Positions 32,787 to 41,462 of a DNA stretch of 64,000 nt are shown here, one piece after another; position 1 is the first letter of the stretch; each line of letters opens with the position of its first letter. The stretch is taken from NCBI GenBank assembly GCA_031422435.1, contig JANPLU010000030.1, positions 1 to 64,000 on the forward strand, written 5' to 3'. The notes under the pieces are model-generated. The model was not told the DNA's origin. It saw nothing but the letters and a program-made list of their open reading frames with translations, and ran no database searches. The DNA is from Acaryochloridaceae cyanobacterium VAR_48_metabat_390 (GTDB lineage: Bacteria > Cyanobacteriota > Cyanobacteriia > Thermosynechococcales > Thermosynechococcaceae). The translations under genes and the position numbers were made by a program.

Positions 32787-33326
32787 CTAGCGCTTCACTA
32801 CAACAGGGGTACCCACTGCCACCAGTGAAAACAGCTCTTCCACATCTTTTTCAAACATACGGACGCAGCCGTGAGATGCCGCCGTACCAATGCTGCTAAC
32901 GCTATTGGTGCCGTGGAACCCAGCCCAGTTTTTGCCATCTTTATGAAAACCCATCCAGCGGCGACCTAAAGGATTATCGCGATCGCCCCCCGAAATCACC
33001 TCCCCCGTGAAGGGATTAATCCAAACGGGGTCACGATACATGGTTTCAACTTTAAAAGTGCCCGTTGGCGTTTCCCATCCTGCACGACCGACGGCAACAG
33101 GATAAGTTTTAAAGGCTAGTCCGGCTCGAAATAAGGTGACTTTTCGATCAGACAGGTCAAGTTCTAGACGCAGTGGCGCAACCAAAGGCGGAAGGTAGGC
33201 GCTAACGCCCGATAACCCTGGAAAACGCGTGGGTGGCTCTAGTTCAAAAGCCTGCCCAACGCTGGGGAGTGACAGAACAGATGCTGCAAGGACGAATCCT
33301 AAACTTCTAAGAGCTTTGTGATACAT
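32787..33326 (-). CDS. L,D-transpeptidase (YkuD family)
   Basis: YPVAVG...TPTG, NPLG, GFHGT...SHGCVRM. Confidence 0.93.
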   Translation of the reverse strand: MYHKALRSLGFVLAASVLSLPSVGQAFELEPPTRFPGLSGVSAYLPPLVAPLRLELDLSDRKVTLFRAGLAFKTYPVAVGRAGWETPTGTFKVETMYRDPVWINPFTGEVISGGDRDNPLGRRWMGFHKDGKNWAGFHGTNSVSSIGTAASHGCVRMFEKDVEELFSLVAVGTPVVVKR

Positions 33327-33434
33327 GTACCCAAGACCGCTTTTATCTAAAAATTAGAACACTTTCAAAACTATCCTAGTCGATCCATCTCGTTTGATCT
33401 GTTAAAAAACTCAGGACTTTTTTCAGGAATTCGG

Positions 33435-34145
33435 TCATTTTTCTGAGAATGGCGGCTCTGGCGCGAGCCAATGCGCGTAGAGATCGGGGCGGCGATCGCG
33501 CGTTCTTTGAATCTGCTGTGCTTTTCGCCAGCGCTCAATTTCGCCATGATTTCCTGACCTTAAAATCTCTGGCACTTCCCACCCTCGGAAATTTGCTGGA
33601 CGAGTGTACTGGGGGTAGTCTAGCAGTCCCGCCTCAAAGCTCTCGAACTTGAGGGAATCCTCCTTAGCGACCGTACCAGGCAGCAGCCGCAGCACACCGT
33701 TGAGGAGCGCCAGCGCCGGAATTTCTCCACAGGTCAACACAAAGTCGCCCAGAGAAACCTCCCGCGTTACTAAGTGATCCACCACGCGTTCATCTACCCC
33801 TTCGTAGTGACCGCAGAGTAAAACAAGCTGTTCCTGATGTTGAGACAATTCTTGAAACAGCGCCTGATTCATGGGTTGCCCTTGAGGGGTTAAAAAAATT
33901 ACCTCTCGTTTAGGGAAAACGGGCAAAGATTCGACTGCCGCAAAAATGGGTTCAGGCTTCATAAGCATCCCCACGCCGCCGCCGTAGGTTTCATCATCTA
34001 CCCGATGATGTTTATCGGTGGTGAAGTCTCGTGGGTTGGTGAGGTAAACTTCTGCAATTCCTTTGCTAAGTGCTTTGCCAATGAGTCCAGACCCCAGCGG
34101 CGACTCAAAAAAATCAGGAAACAGAGTGACAATATCAAACCGCAC
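33435..34145 (-). CDS. trmD: tRNA (guanine37-N1)-methyltransferase
   Basis: TLFP, YGGGVGM, CGHYEGVDER, SLGDFVL, YPQYTRP. Confidence 0.97.
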   Translation of the reverse strand: MRFDIVTLFPDFFESPLGSGLIGKALSKGIAEVYLTNPRDFTTDKHHRVDDETYGGGVGMLMKPEPIFAAVESLPVFPKREVIFLTPQGQPMNQALFQELSQHQEQLVLLCGHYEGVDERVVDHLVTREVSLGDFVLTCGEIPALALLNGVLRLLPGTVAKEDSLKFESFEAGLLDYPQYTRPANFRGWEVPEILRSGNHGEIERWRKAQQIQRTRDRRPDLYAHWLAPEPPFSEK

Positions 34146-34687
34146 GATAAACCTTCAGAACACCTGTCAATCCATTATTAAGCGAAACATCCCTCTTTAC
34201 GCCCAAAGGCGATCATGGTGAGATTAATGCTCCGTTTCTGTCCACTGCACGCGCTCTGGGTCGTGCAAGTTGATGCCATCCCAATCGTGATGCGGCGTTG
34301 TCTATATTCCGTAGAACCACAGCATTGACCAAGTGATTACAAGGCATTATCGTCTCGAACCATGACTATCCCGTTGGTGTTTAGTGAGTCATGTCATAAC
34401 CGCATGTCAGTCAAAGCACATAGAAAATGCCCGCAATGGCTGCAATCACTGCAAGTGGGGAAGGTCAGTCGCTGACTAGGCTAACGTTACTAAAAAATAA
34501 TAAATTCTCAATATCTTTTGTCTATTTTTACAAAAAAAATCGCAAAAATCATAGTTAAAACTAGTATTTAGATCCTAGATTTTTAATGTATTCTGAACTT
34601 TAGCAATAGAAAATTAACTTACAGCATAAATCATGCTTTTGAATACAATTTTCCGAGGGTAAAATCACTGCACCTACTGCTGCCGCG

Positions 34688-34894
34688 TTAGGTTGATAAA
34701 TCTACTAAAGCATCACGCTGAAATCGAATTACCCGCGCTAAAGACAGTCGGTAATGCTCTGAGGGGCATACCGTCAAGGCAATGCTGCCTTGACCTGAAT
34801 CTTCAACCTGGCGTACGGTGCAAACTTGCTGCTTGTTGTTGCAATAGGCCAAAATGCGATCGCCCATCCGAATTTCCATCGCCTGAATTTTCAT
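34688..34894 (-). CDS. Small hypothetical protein (68 aa, beta-rich)
   Basis: ATG preceded by GAGGTAAGGA; co-oriented downstream of the pentapeptide gene. Confidence 0.65.
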   Translation of the reverse strand: MKIQAMEIRMGDRILAYCNNKQQVCTVRQVEDSGQGSIALTVCPSEHYRLSLARVIRFQRDALVDLST

Positions 34895-34956
34895 CGTTCC
34901 TTACCTCAGTAATCAGCCTTAATCCAATGACTCCTAAAGCATAGGATTTGTCCTAC

Positions 34957-35298
34957 CTATACGGGCATCTCCAGCTTTGGATTTTCTGAACTTATCACCC
35001 CATCTGGCAGAGTGGCACCGTGTAGAAATGCCTCATCCAAGGTAGTATCCTTGAGATCTGCGCCGCTCAAGTTGGCCTTGACAAAGTTCGTCTCTATTAA
35101 GTTGGTTTGAGCCAAATTGGCTCCCGCTAAATTAGCGTGACTCAAATTGGCCTTTGTTAGATTTGCCTTGGTTAAATTTGCACCACTCAGATTTGCGCCA
35201 CTTAGATTCGCGCTCCTAAGATTTGCCGCAATCAGGTTTACATTCTTAAAATCTCTCTGCCCTGCTGCATATCGGCTCAGAAGTTCATTTGTATTCAT
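34957..35298 (-). CDS. Pentapeptide repeat protein
   Basis: MNTNELLSRYAAGQRDF start, ANLSG repeats, ATLPDG end. Confidence 0.9.
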   Translation of the reverse strand: MNTNELLSRYAAGQRDFKNVNLIAANLRSANLSGANLSGANLTKANLTKANLSHANLAGANLAQTNLIETNFVKANLSGADLKDTTLDEAFLHGATLPDGVISSENPKLEMPV

Positions 35299-35359
35299 AA
35301 AAAATCCAATAAAAGTGCCTGTACTCAGAAGCATCAATACCAGCCGCGCTAGCCCATCG

Positions 35360-35548
35360 TTAAAACCGAAACTGTTTTCTGCGCTGCTTATGTTTTGCAA
35401 TTTCTTTGCGCTTGCGCTTCTCAATCGGCGTTTCAAAATGACGATGCTTTTTCATGTCTTGAAAAATACCTGCCTTAGAAACTTCTCGCTTAAAGCGACG
35501 GAGTACCGACTCAACGCCTTCACTTTCGCCAGGAACAATTTGGGTCAT
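35360..35548 (-). CDS. rpsU: 30S ribosomal protein S21 (copy 2)
   Basis: [16 protein letters not shown]...[12 protein letters not shown]. Confidence 0.95.
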   Translation of the reverse strand: MTQIVPGESEGVESVLRRFKREVSKAGIFQDMKKHRHFETPIEKRKRKEIAKHKQRRKQFRF

Positions 35549-35609
35549 TTAAATACTTCCTTACAGGGTAGGTCTTTAGGCTGTTTTAAGACGCTGATCA
35601 GCCTTTACT

Positions 35610-35639
35610 AAAAAGGGGTAGACCCATTGCGTCTACCCC
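35610..35639 (-). terminator. Intrinsic terminator between rbp and rpsU copy 2
   Basis: Minus strand GGGGTAGAC-7nt-GTCTACCCC followed by TTTTT. Confidence 0.7.
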
Positions 35640-35717
35640 GAAGACCTTAGAGTTTAATCTTTTGTCTAAAGCCTACTCACGATTTGACTGATCAAAGTTT
35701 GATCAATCGCACCGTGC

Positions 35718-35999
35718 TTAGTAGCGACCGCCGCCGCCAAAGGATCCACCTCGATCTTCTCGAGGTTTTGCCTTATTAACCTTTAGGTTGCGTCCCATCC
35801 ATTCCGCGCCATCTAGTGCTTCTATTGCGGCAGTTTCTTCGGCGTCCGTCATCATTTCAACAAAAGCAAACCCACGCAAACGCCCTGTCTCTCGATCAGT
35901 CGGCATTTTAACCTGCTTAACGGTTCCGTACTCTGCAAAGGTTTGATTCAAGTCGTCTTGAGTGACCTCGTAGGACAGATTACCAACATAAATTGACAT
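35718..35999 (-). CDS. rbp: RRM RNA-binding protein (cyanobacterial Rbp family)
   Basis: RNP2 IYVGNL, RNP1 RGFAFVEM, short Gly-rich tail. Confidence 0.95.
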   Translation of the reverse strand: MSIYVGNLSYEVTQDDLNQTFAEYGTVKQVKMPTDRETGRLRGFAFVEMMTDAEETAAIEALDGAEWMGRNLKVNKAKPREDRGGSFGGGGRY

Positions 36000-36288
36000 A
36001 AAGCATTTCCAGAATCAAGGGGATGAAGGGGGTTAGATCCGGAGAAACGCTGATTAGACGAATTACACAGCCGAAAATAATCTTTAGCCTGCATCCTAAC
36101 ACAATCAAGCCTTTGGCAGTTGCGGTAGGAATAATTCGCCCTCTCAGCATCTGGGGCTATGAGGATTCTGGCTTTCTCATATTTCAATTTAAGAACCCTT
36201 GCCTCAATTCACAATTGGAAATTTTGCCTTATCACCAGAAGCCAAGATTCCCCATAATAGAGGGTGCACCCGTCACGAACCCTGAACC

Positions 36289-37179
36289 ATGAAAGTTACG
36301 TCTGTTACTCCCCCCATTCAGTGGTATCCAGGGCACATTGCAAAAGCTGAGAAGAATCTTCTAGAACAGCTTAAGCGGGTTGATGTTGTGCTAGAAGTGC
36401 GAGATGCCCGCATTCCTTTAGCCAGCACTCACCCTCAGGTGCAGGAATGGATTGGCGAAAAGCCTAGAATTTTAGTTCTCAACCGCGTTGATTTAATTAG
36501 CCCTAAAGCGGCTGAACTCTGGAGAGACTGGTTCCGGCTTCAGGGTGAAAAGCCTTACTATACCGATGCCCAAAATGGTAAAGGCGTAAGTGTTTTAATC
36601 AAGGCAGCTCAAGCCACCGGAGAAAAGCTCAACCAGCGCCGTCGCGATCGCGGCATGAATCCTCGCGCGGTACGAGCGGTCGTCATCGGGTTCCCTAATG
36701 TGGGCAAATCGGCGCTCATTAACCGCTTACTCAATCGTCGCGTGGTAGAGAGTGCCCGCAAACCAGGGGTAACGCGTCAACTGCGCTGGGTACGCATTTC
36801 GCCAGAGCTAAACTTACTGGATGCCCCAGGGGTCTTACCAGGTAGACTGACTGATCAGGATGCTGCTTACCGCCTTGCCATGTGCGACGACATTGGTGAG
36901 GGAGCCTACGATCGCCAGCTTGTTGCAGCGGCACTAATTGAGAAAATCAAGGAAATGGAGACACATAACCAGAATTGGCAACGTTGGATTCCACAGTCTC
37001 CGCTCCAAACGCGGTATGGGGTTGAAATGTCTAACTTTGCCGGAGATGAATATCTGGCGCAGGTAGCGCAAATTAAGTTTCAGGGCGATGTAGAGCGCAC
37101 CGCACATCATATTCTCAACGACTTTCGCAAGGGGATTTTGGGGGCGATCGCCCTAGAAGCGCCTGCGACATCTGCCTAA
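36289..37179 (+). CDS. ylqF: Ribosome biogenesis GTPase YlqF/RbgA
   Basis: IQWYPGH, DARIP, GFPNVGKS, PGVTR, LLDAPG. Confidence 0.95.
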   Translation: MKVTSVTPPIQWYPGHIAKAEKNLLEQLKRVDVVLEVRDARIPLASTHPQVQEWIGEKPRILVLNRVDLISPKAAELWRDWFRLQGEKPYYTDAQNGKGVSVLIKAAQATGEKLNQRRRDRGMNPRAVRAVVIGFPNVGKSALINRLLNRRVVESARKPGVTRQLRWVRISPELNLLDAPGVLPGRLTDQDAAYRLAMCDDIGEGAYDRQLVAAALIEKIKEMETHNQNWQRWIPQSPLQTRYGVEMSNFAGDEYLAQVAQIKFQGDVERTAHHILNDFRKGILGAIALEAPATSA

Positions 37180-37342
37180 AAACAAGCTCAAACGGCAGTG
37201 ACGACTCAAAAAGTTGCATTTTGTAACAAATGTCTTTGAAAGTCCATCACACAGTAGCTTAGGGCTGGTATGAAACCGACATGCTTCGTTATGATTAACA
37301 TAAGTTAATAAAACTAATTAAACGGAGTTAAAGCGGTAAATC

Positions 37343-37636
37343 ATGGCAGATCCCTTTTTTTTGGATCCCGATGAAGCAAAGTCTATGGGCGACATAGACT
37401 ATATGAGAACTGCCAGGAAGGTAAAGAAGAGCTATCCCACAACAAAAGCTTGGGGCGCTGGATTTGAGGAAGAGACCATAACCTCTGCAATTAAGAAAGG
37501 GGTGGCACAACCTTCGACATTTGAAATTGAGCAAAAAGCGACTGAAGCGCTGAAGCCAGAGGTGACAGAGCGTCGTAAAAGTGCTTCTGACCTAGATATG
37601 TTTCGCAATATGGCTAAGGATATTCGCAAGAAGTAG
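37343..37636 (+). CDS. Hypothetical protein
   Basis: 97-aa ORF (FFLDPDEAKSMGDIDYMR...MFRNMAKDI) followed by a terminator. Confidence 0.8.
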   Translation: MADPFFLDPDEAKSMGDIDYMRTARKVKKSYPTTKAWGAGFEEETITSAIKKGVAQPSTFEIEQKATEALKPEVTERRKSASDLDMFRNMAKDIRKK

Positions 37637-37667
37637 CCACTTAATGCGGATTCTCAAGTTTTGATGG

Positions 37668-37702
37668 GTTGGCTGTGCTGATTTAAGTGCAGCCAACTTT
37701 TT
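37668..37702 (+). terminator. Intrinsic terminator
   Basis: GTTGGCTGTGCT...AGTGCAGCCAAC followed by TTTTT. Confidence 0.65.
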
Positions 37703-37711
37703 ATGTTTTTG

Positions 37712-38704
37712 CTAAGCGCTTCTCTGCTCCAATATTTTAAGCACCTTCAAAAACTCAGGCGGCAAGGGCGCTTCAACCTGAATCCATGCTTCGGTGATAG
37801 GATGCTGAACGCTTAAGCGCCACGCATGGAGTACCTGACCCGTGAGGTTTACGCCAATCTCTCTACCCCTGCCATACAGCGGGTCGCCCACAATAGAGCA
37901 GCATAGATCGGCACAATGGACGCGAATTTGATGGGTGCGACCCGTTTCTAAGCGAAAATGCATCAGCGTAAAATTGCCGAGTCGCTGTTTAATCTCCCAA
38001 TGGGTTCTAGCAGCGCGTCCACCTTTTTCTTCTGGCACGATCGCCATTTTTTTGCGGTCTATCGGGTGCCTGCCAATGGGACGATCAATAATGCCCGATT
38101 CTTGAGGTGGCTTACCGTAAACAACTCCCAAGTATTCTCTTTGGGCGGTTTTAGCCTGGATTTGAGCCTGTAAATGCTGGTGTGCCTGGTCTGTTTTTGC
38201 AATGACCAATGCGCCACTAGTATCTTTATCGAGCCGATGCACAATACCCGGTCGCTGAACGCCGCCGATTCCTGAAAGGCTAGTCTCTAGTTTATCTGCT
38301 GACTGGCAGTGTGACAGCAGCGCATGGACTAACGTTCCGGTGGCATGACCGGGCGCTGGGTGAACAACAGTCCCGATGGGCTTATTCAAAATAATGAGGT
38401 GGGCATCTTCGTAGAGAATGTCTAGCGCAATGTCCTCCGGCTCTAGATTCAGCGCCGTGGGCGGTGGTACCGTAACCGTAATCACATCACCTGGCTGCAC
38501 TTCATACTTTTTGGAGTCACACGGTGCGTGATTGACCTGTACTTGTCCTTGGTCGATGAGCTTTTGAAGCTGCGATCGCGATAAGTCTGCTGCCTCAGAT
38601 GCCAACCAACGGTCAAGCCTTTGCCCTTGCGCGATGTCGCCTGTAGCCTGATACTCGCGCAAAGTAAAAGCAGCAGTGAGAGAGTGAGACGTGAATCCAG
38701 TCAT
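37712..38704 (-). CDS. RluA/RluD family pseudouridine synthase
   Basis: S4 domain (RLDRWL...SRSQ), HRLDKDTSG, LETGRTHQIRVH; start placed at ATG 38704. Confidence 0.93.
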   Translation of the reverse strand: MTGFTSHSLTAAFTLREYQATGDIAQGQRLDRWLASEAADLSRSQLQKLIDQGQVQVNHAPCDSKKYEVQPGDVITVTVPPPTALNLEPEDIALDILYEDAHLIILNKPIGTVVHPAPGHATGTLVHALLSHCQSADKLETSLSGIGGVQRPGIVHRLDKDTSGALVIAKTDQAHQHLQAQIQAKTAQREYLGVVYGKPPQESGIIDRPIGRHPIDRKKMAIVPEEKGGRAARTHWEIKQRLGNFTLMHFRLETGRTHQIRVHCADLCCSIVGDPLYGRGREIGVNLTGQVLHAWRLSVQHPITEAWIQVEAPLPPEFLKVLKILEQRSA

Positions 38705-38711
38705 CAATTTT

Positions 38712-39146
38712 TTACGAATTTTGAGGAAAAAATGCAGCAGGAGAAATGTGAAAAAACTGAGCCAACTCCTGAATGTGACGCGTTGTGAGCTGGCGACGAC
38801 CATGCAACACATCAGAAATAATAGATTCCGTGCGAAAGATGGGAACTAAATCCTTTTGCTTAAGCGATCGCTCTTCAATCAAAACCGTTAGCAACGCTAC
38901 ACCGTAAATATCCGGTAGCGGCTCTAGAGTTTGCTCATACTCATAAACCAAAGTTGCTAAAACATTCAGGTAGTCCTTTTCTTCTGGGGTTAGCGAACCT
39001 CGATCAATCAAAGAATCAATTACTGCCTGTACCGCTTCGAGTTGAGCTTCAGAACGAATCGGACGCGGTGCAAAGCGCTGAAGCAGGGAAATATAGGCAT
39101 CGGAGCTACTGGAACCAACCGTCGTGCTTCCACTTATTTTTGTCAT
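38712..39146 (-). CDS. higA: HigA antitoxin (HTH)
   Basis: PRPIRSE, LATLVYEYE, LKQKDL...ISDVLHGRRQLT; overlaps the higB end. Confidence 0.88.
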   Translation of the reverse strand: MTKISGSTTVGSSSSDAYISLLQRFAPRPIRSEAQLEAVQAVIDSLIDRGSLTPEEKDYLNVLATLVYEYEQTLEPLPDIYGVALLTVLIEERSLKQKDLVPIFRTESIISDVLHGRRQLTTRHIQELAQFFHISPAAFFPQNS

Positions 39147-39408
39147 AATCTGCGTGGGTTAAAAAATCGCGAATAAAGACCTTTTTGCTCTCATAGTCAA
39201 TGTATGTGATGAGCCGATAGTGATTGCCTGCAATATTAAAGACTGTAAAATTCTTGACTGAATCAGCGGAAGGAAAGGTTTTACGAGTTTCAGCAAGGTT
39301 CTGCCAGCTTGCCTTACTAACCAGCTTAAGCCATGTCTGCAAAGACGATTGTGCTTGTGGGTAAAGCGCACAATACTTTTTAAGCCGAGAGGTACTGATG
39401 ATATGCAC
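39106..39408 (-). CDS. higB: HigB toxin (RelE superfamily)
   Basis: MHIIS, FPSAD, VFNIAGNHYRLI, LTHADYDK. Confidence 0.9.
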   Translation of the reverse strand: MHIISTSRLKKYCALYPQAQSSLQTWLKLVSKASWQNLAETRKTFPSADSVKNFTVFNIAGNHYRLITYIDYESKKVFIRDFLTHADYDKNKWKHDGWFQ

Positions 39409-39462
39409 AAAGCTTATTTGTGGAGAACATAAGCTAGAGGTGTGCTTTAGTCATCAGTAATC

Positions 39463-39693
39463 TTAGCAATATGCGAATTTCTTTGCAATAGCGTTGCTGT
39501 AAGGGGCACAGCCCAAAACAAAACCCTCAGGAACATTTCCTGAGGGTTTTATAGAGCCTTTGTCATCAGACTTAAGACGTTTGCGAAGCTGCTGAGTTTG
39601 CTTTTTGAGCTGTCTAACGCGTTCAGAAGCCTGCTTAGACTTACTATTGCGTCGCGGCCCACTGCGGGGCGACTCCCAAGATTTAAGGCGCAT
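39463..39693 (-). CDS. Small basic protein with an internal terminator; candidate alternative ribosome-rescue factor
   Basis: MRLKSWESPRSGPRRNSKSKQASERVRQLKKQTQQLRKRLK has 15 K/R in 41 aa; extended -10 TGCTAGAAT at 39730-39722; function is inferred. Confidence 0.6.
   Translation of the reverse strand: MRLKSWESPRSGPRRNSKSKQASERVRQLKKQTQQLRKRLKSDDKGSIKPSGNVPEGFVLGCAPYSNAIAKKFAYC
39515..39550 (-). terminator. Intrinsic terminator inside the small basic ORF
   Basis: Minus strand AAAACCCTCAGGAA-ATG-TTCCTGAGGGTTTT-GTTTT; 14-bp perfect stem ending in a U-tract. Confidence 0.8.
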
Positions 39694-39800
39694 AGAATAA
39701 TTAACCAAACGCTGCGTTGCCATTCTAGCAAATTAATCTCCCCACCCAAAACCCAGAACAAAGTCACAATAGAAGCTGAACGACAAACATTCTCCACACC

Positions 39801-40703
39801 ATGACCGTCAGCATCCTTAGCAAATCTCAAGCACATCAATGGCAGTGGCAAGGTCACACCATTCGCTACCAGTCCACAGGTTCGGCTGGGCCTGTGTTGG
39901 TCTTAATCCACGGCTTTGGGGCATCTTCTGACCACTGGCGCAAAAATTTGCCGGAATTGGGCGTAAACCATCGCGTGTATGCGATCGACCTTCTCGGCTT
40001 TGGCCTTTCTGCTAAACCTACGCCCACTCCAGCGCTAACGTATACCTTTGAAACCTGGGCGCAGCTCGTCCTAGAGTTGAGCCAACAGGTCATTGGTGAA
40101 CCCGTATTCCTCGTCGGCAACTCCATCGGCTGCATCGTTGCGCTTCAGGCCGCCGTGACTGCTCCCCATCAAGTTTTGGGCGTCGTCATGCTCAACTGTT
40201 CCTTGCGGATGCTCCACGAACGCAAGCGTCAAGCACTCCCGTGGCCTCAGCGCACTTTTTCGCCGTGGTTTCAGAAAATTCTGGCAGTGCGCCCCATTGG
40301 TCATTTCTTCTTCGGGCGATTGGCGCGTCCTTCTGTCGTTCGCAGCATTCTTCAAAAAGCATACGCCCGTACCGAAGCCGTGACCGATGAGCTGATTGAA
40401 CTGTTGATGCGTCCTGCCCAAGACTCTGGCGCAGCCGACGTATTTTTAGCCTTTATCCAATACTCCCACGGCCCTCTTGCCGAAGACTTACTGCCGCAGT
40501 TGAGCTGCCCAGTGCTGTGTATTTGGGGTACTCAAGACCCCTGGGAACCTATCCATCTCGGTAAAGCCTATGGTGAGTTTTCAGCAGTGACGGACTTTAT
40601 CGCCCTAGAAGGCGTAGGCCACTGTCCTCAAGATGAAGCCCCCGAACAGGTCAATCTTCTCATTGAGAACTGGATCGCCCAGCAGAGAATAGTGTCATCC
40701 TAG
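39801..40703 (+). CDS. Alpha/beta hydrolase
   Basis: LIHGFGAS, DLLGFG, GNSIG nucleophile elbow, GHCPQDE. Confidence 0.92.
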   Translation: MTVSILSKSQAHQWQWQGHTIRYQSTGSAGPVLVLIHGFGASSDHWRKNLPELGVNHRVYAIDLLGFGLSAKPTPTPALTYTFETWAQLVLELSQQVIGEPVFLVGNSIGCIVALQAAVTAPHQVLGVVMLNCSLRMLHERKRQALPWPQRTFSPWFQKILAVRPIGHFFFGRLARPSVVRSILQKAYARTEAVTDELIELLMRPAQDSGAADVFLAFIQYSHGPLAEDLLPQLSCPVLCIWGTQDPWEPIHLGKAYGEFSAVTDFIALEGVGHCPQDEAPEQVNLLIENWIAQQRIVSS

Positions 40704-40900
40704 ATGGATGCTTCAGCAGTCTCTGTCATTTCGACGAGAAAACCTTTCTCTAATAAGGCTTGGACATCTAAGCTATTCATCTTCAGGTTTTTCCACAGCC
40801 TGTCATGGATCTCATGATTTAAACCTGGTTCAAAGCTTACAGGGCCAAAAAAGCTGTTGAACACGACTTTATGACCGAGCTTACTTTCAACAACAGCCAT
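40700..40900 (-). CDS. Small hypothetical protein (66 aa)
   Basis: ATG with strong RBS AGGAGAAG; downstream of lspA. Confidence 0.7.
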   Translation of the reverse strand: MAVVESKLGHKVVFNSFFGPVSFEPGLNHEIHDRLWKNLKMNSLDVQALLEKGFLVEMTETAEASI

Positions 40901-40947
40901 TTTTACTTCTCCTGATTTTCTGTACTTTGAACAAAATCTCTTTCAGC

Positions 40948-41439
40948 TTAATCAGTGATGGAGGGCGGCTTACTCGCTTCAGGCTTACGCCACAGCGAAA
41001 TAAATAAGCAAACTAAACCGATATTAATGGCGACATCCGCCAGGTTAAAGACCGGAAAGTTAATAAGCCGAAAATCTAAGAAATCTACAACATGCCCCAT
41101 CAACAATCGATCAACCCCATTTCCGGCAGCGCCACCCAGCAAAAAACCATAGCCAGCCTGTTCCCAAGCTCGTAGGGGAGCACCAAACAGGCCATAGTAA
41201 ACAAGCGCTAACGTCACTATCAACGACAGCCACCGCAGCCAGCCCTCCCCTTGAAACATGCTAAACGCTGCCCCACGGTTTACGACATAGGTAAGATGAA
41301 AAACCCCTTTCAGTAGCGACCACGATTCAGGTGGATTGCTAAGCTGAAAGTTTGCGACCACCCATTGTTTTGATAAATAATCCAGCAAAAAACTCAGTAC
41401 GGCAGACAGCCAAAACATGGGATTTTTCTTTAGTTTCAT
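40948..41439 (-). CDS. lspA: Lipoprotein signal peptidase
   Basis: NRGAAFS, GAAGNGVDR, VVDF, FNLAD. Confidence 0.96.
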   Translation of the reverse strand: MKLKKNPMFWLSAVLSFLLDYLSKQWVVANFQLSNPPESWSLLKGVFHLTYVVNRGAAFSMFQGEGWLRWLSLIVTLALVYYGLFGAPLRAWEQAGYGFLLGGAAGNGVDRLLMGHVVDFLDFRLINFPVFNLADVAINIGLVCLFISLWRKPEASKPPSITD

Positions 41440-41462
41440 GATCCTATTTGCTCAATGTCCTG

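Noticed and set aside
34427..34480. Cobalamin-riboswitch-like words (TGCCCGCAA...CACTG...GGGAAGG...AGTC)
   Set aside because: The upstream AGGGAA/GGTGxAAxTCC elements and the downstream B12 box are not evident, and no co-oriented gene follows; a cmscan would settle it
35299..35436. Longer start for the pentapeptide protein
   Set aside because: It overlaps rpsU copy 2 in another frame; the typical start MNTNELL is at 35298
38705..38812. Longer start for the RluA-family gene
   Set aside because: It overlaps higA on the same strand; ATG 38704 fits better
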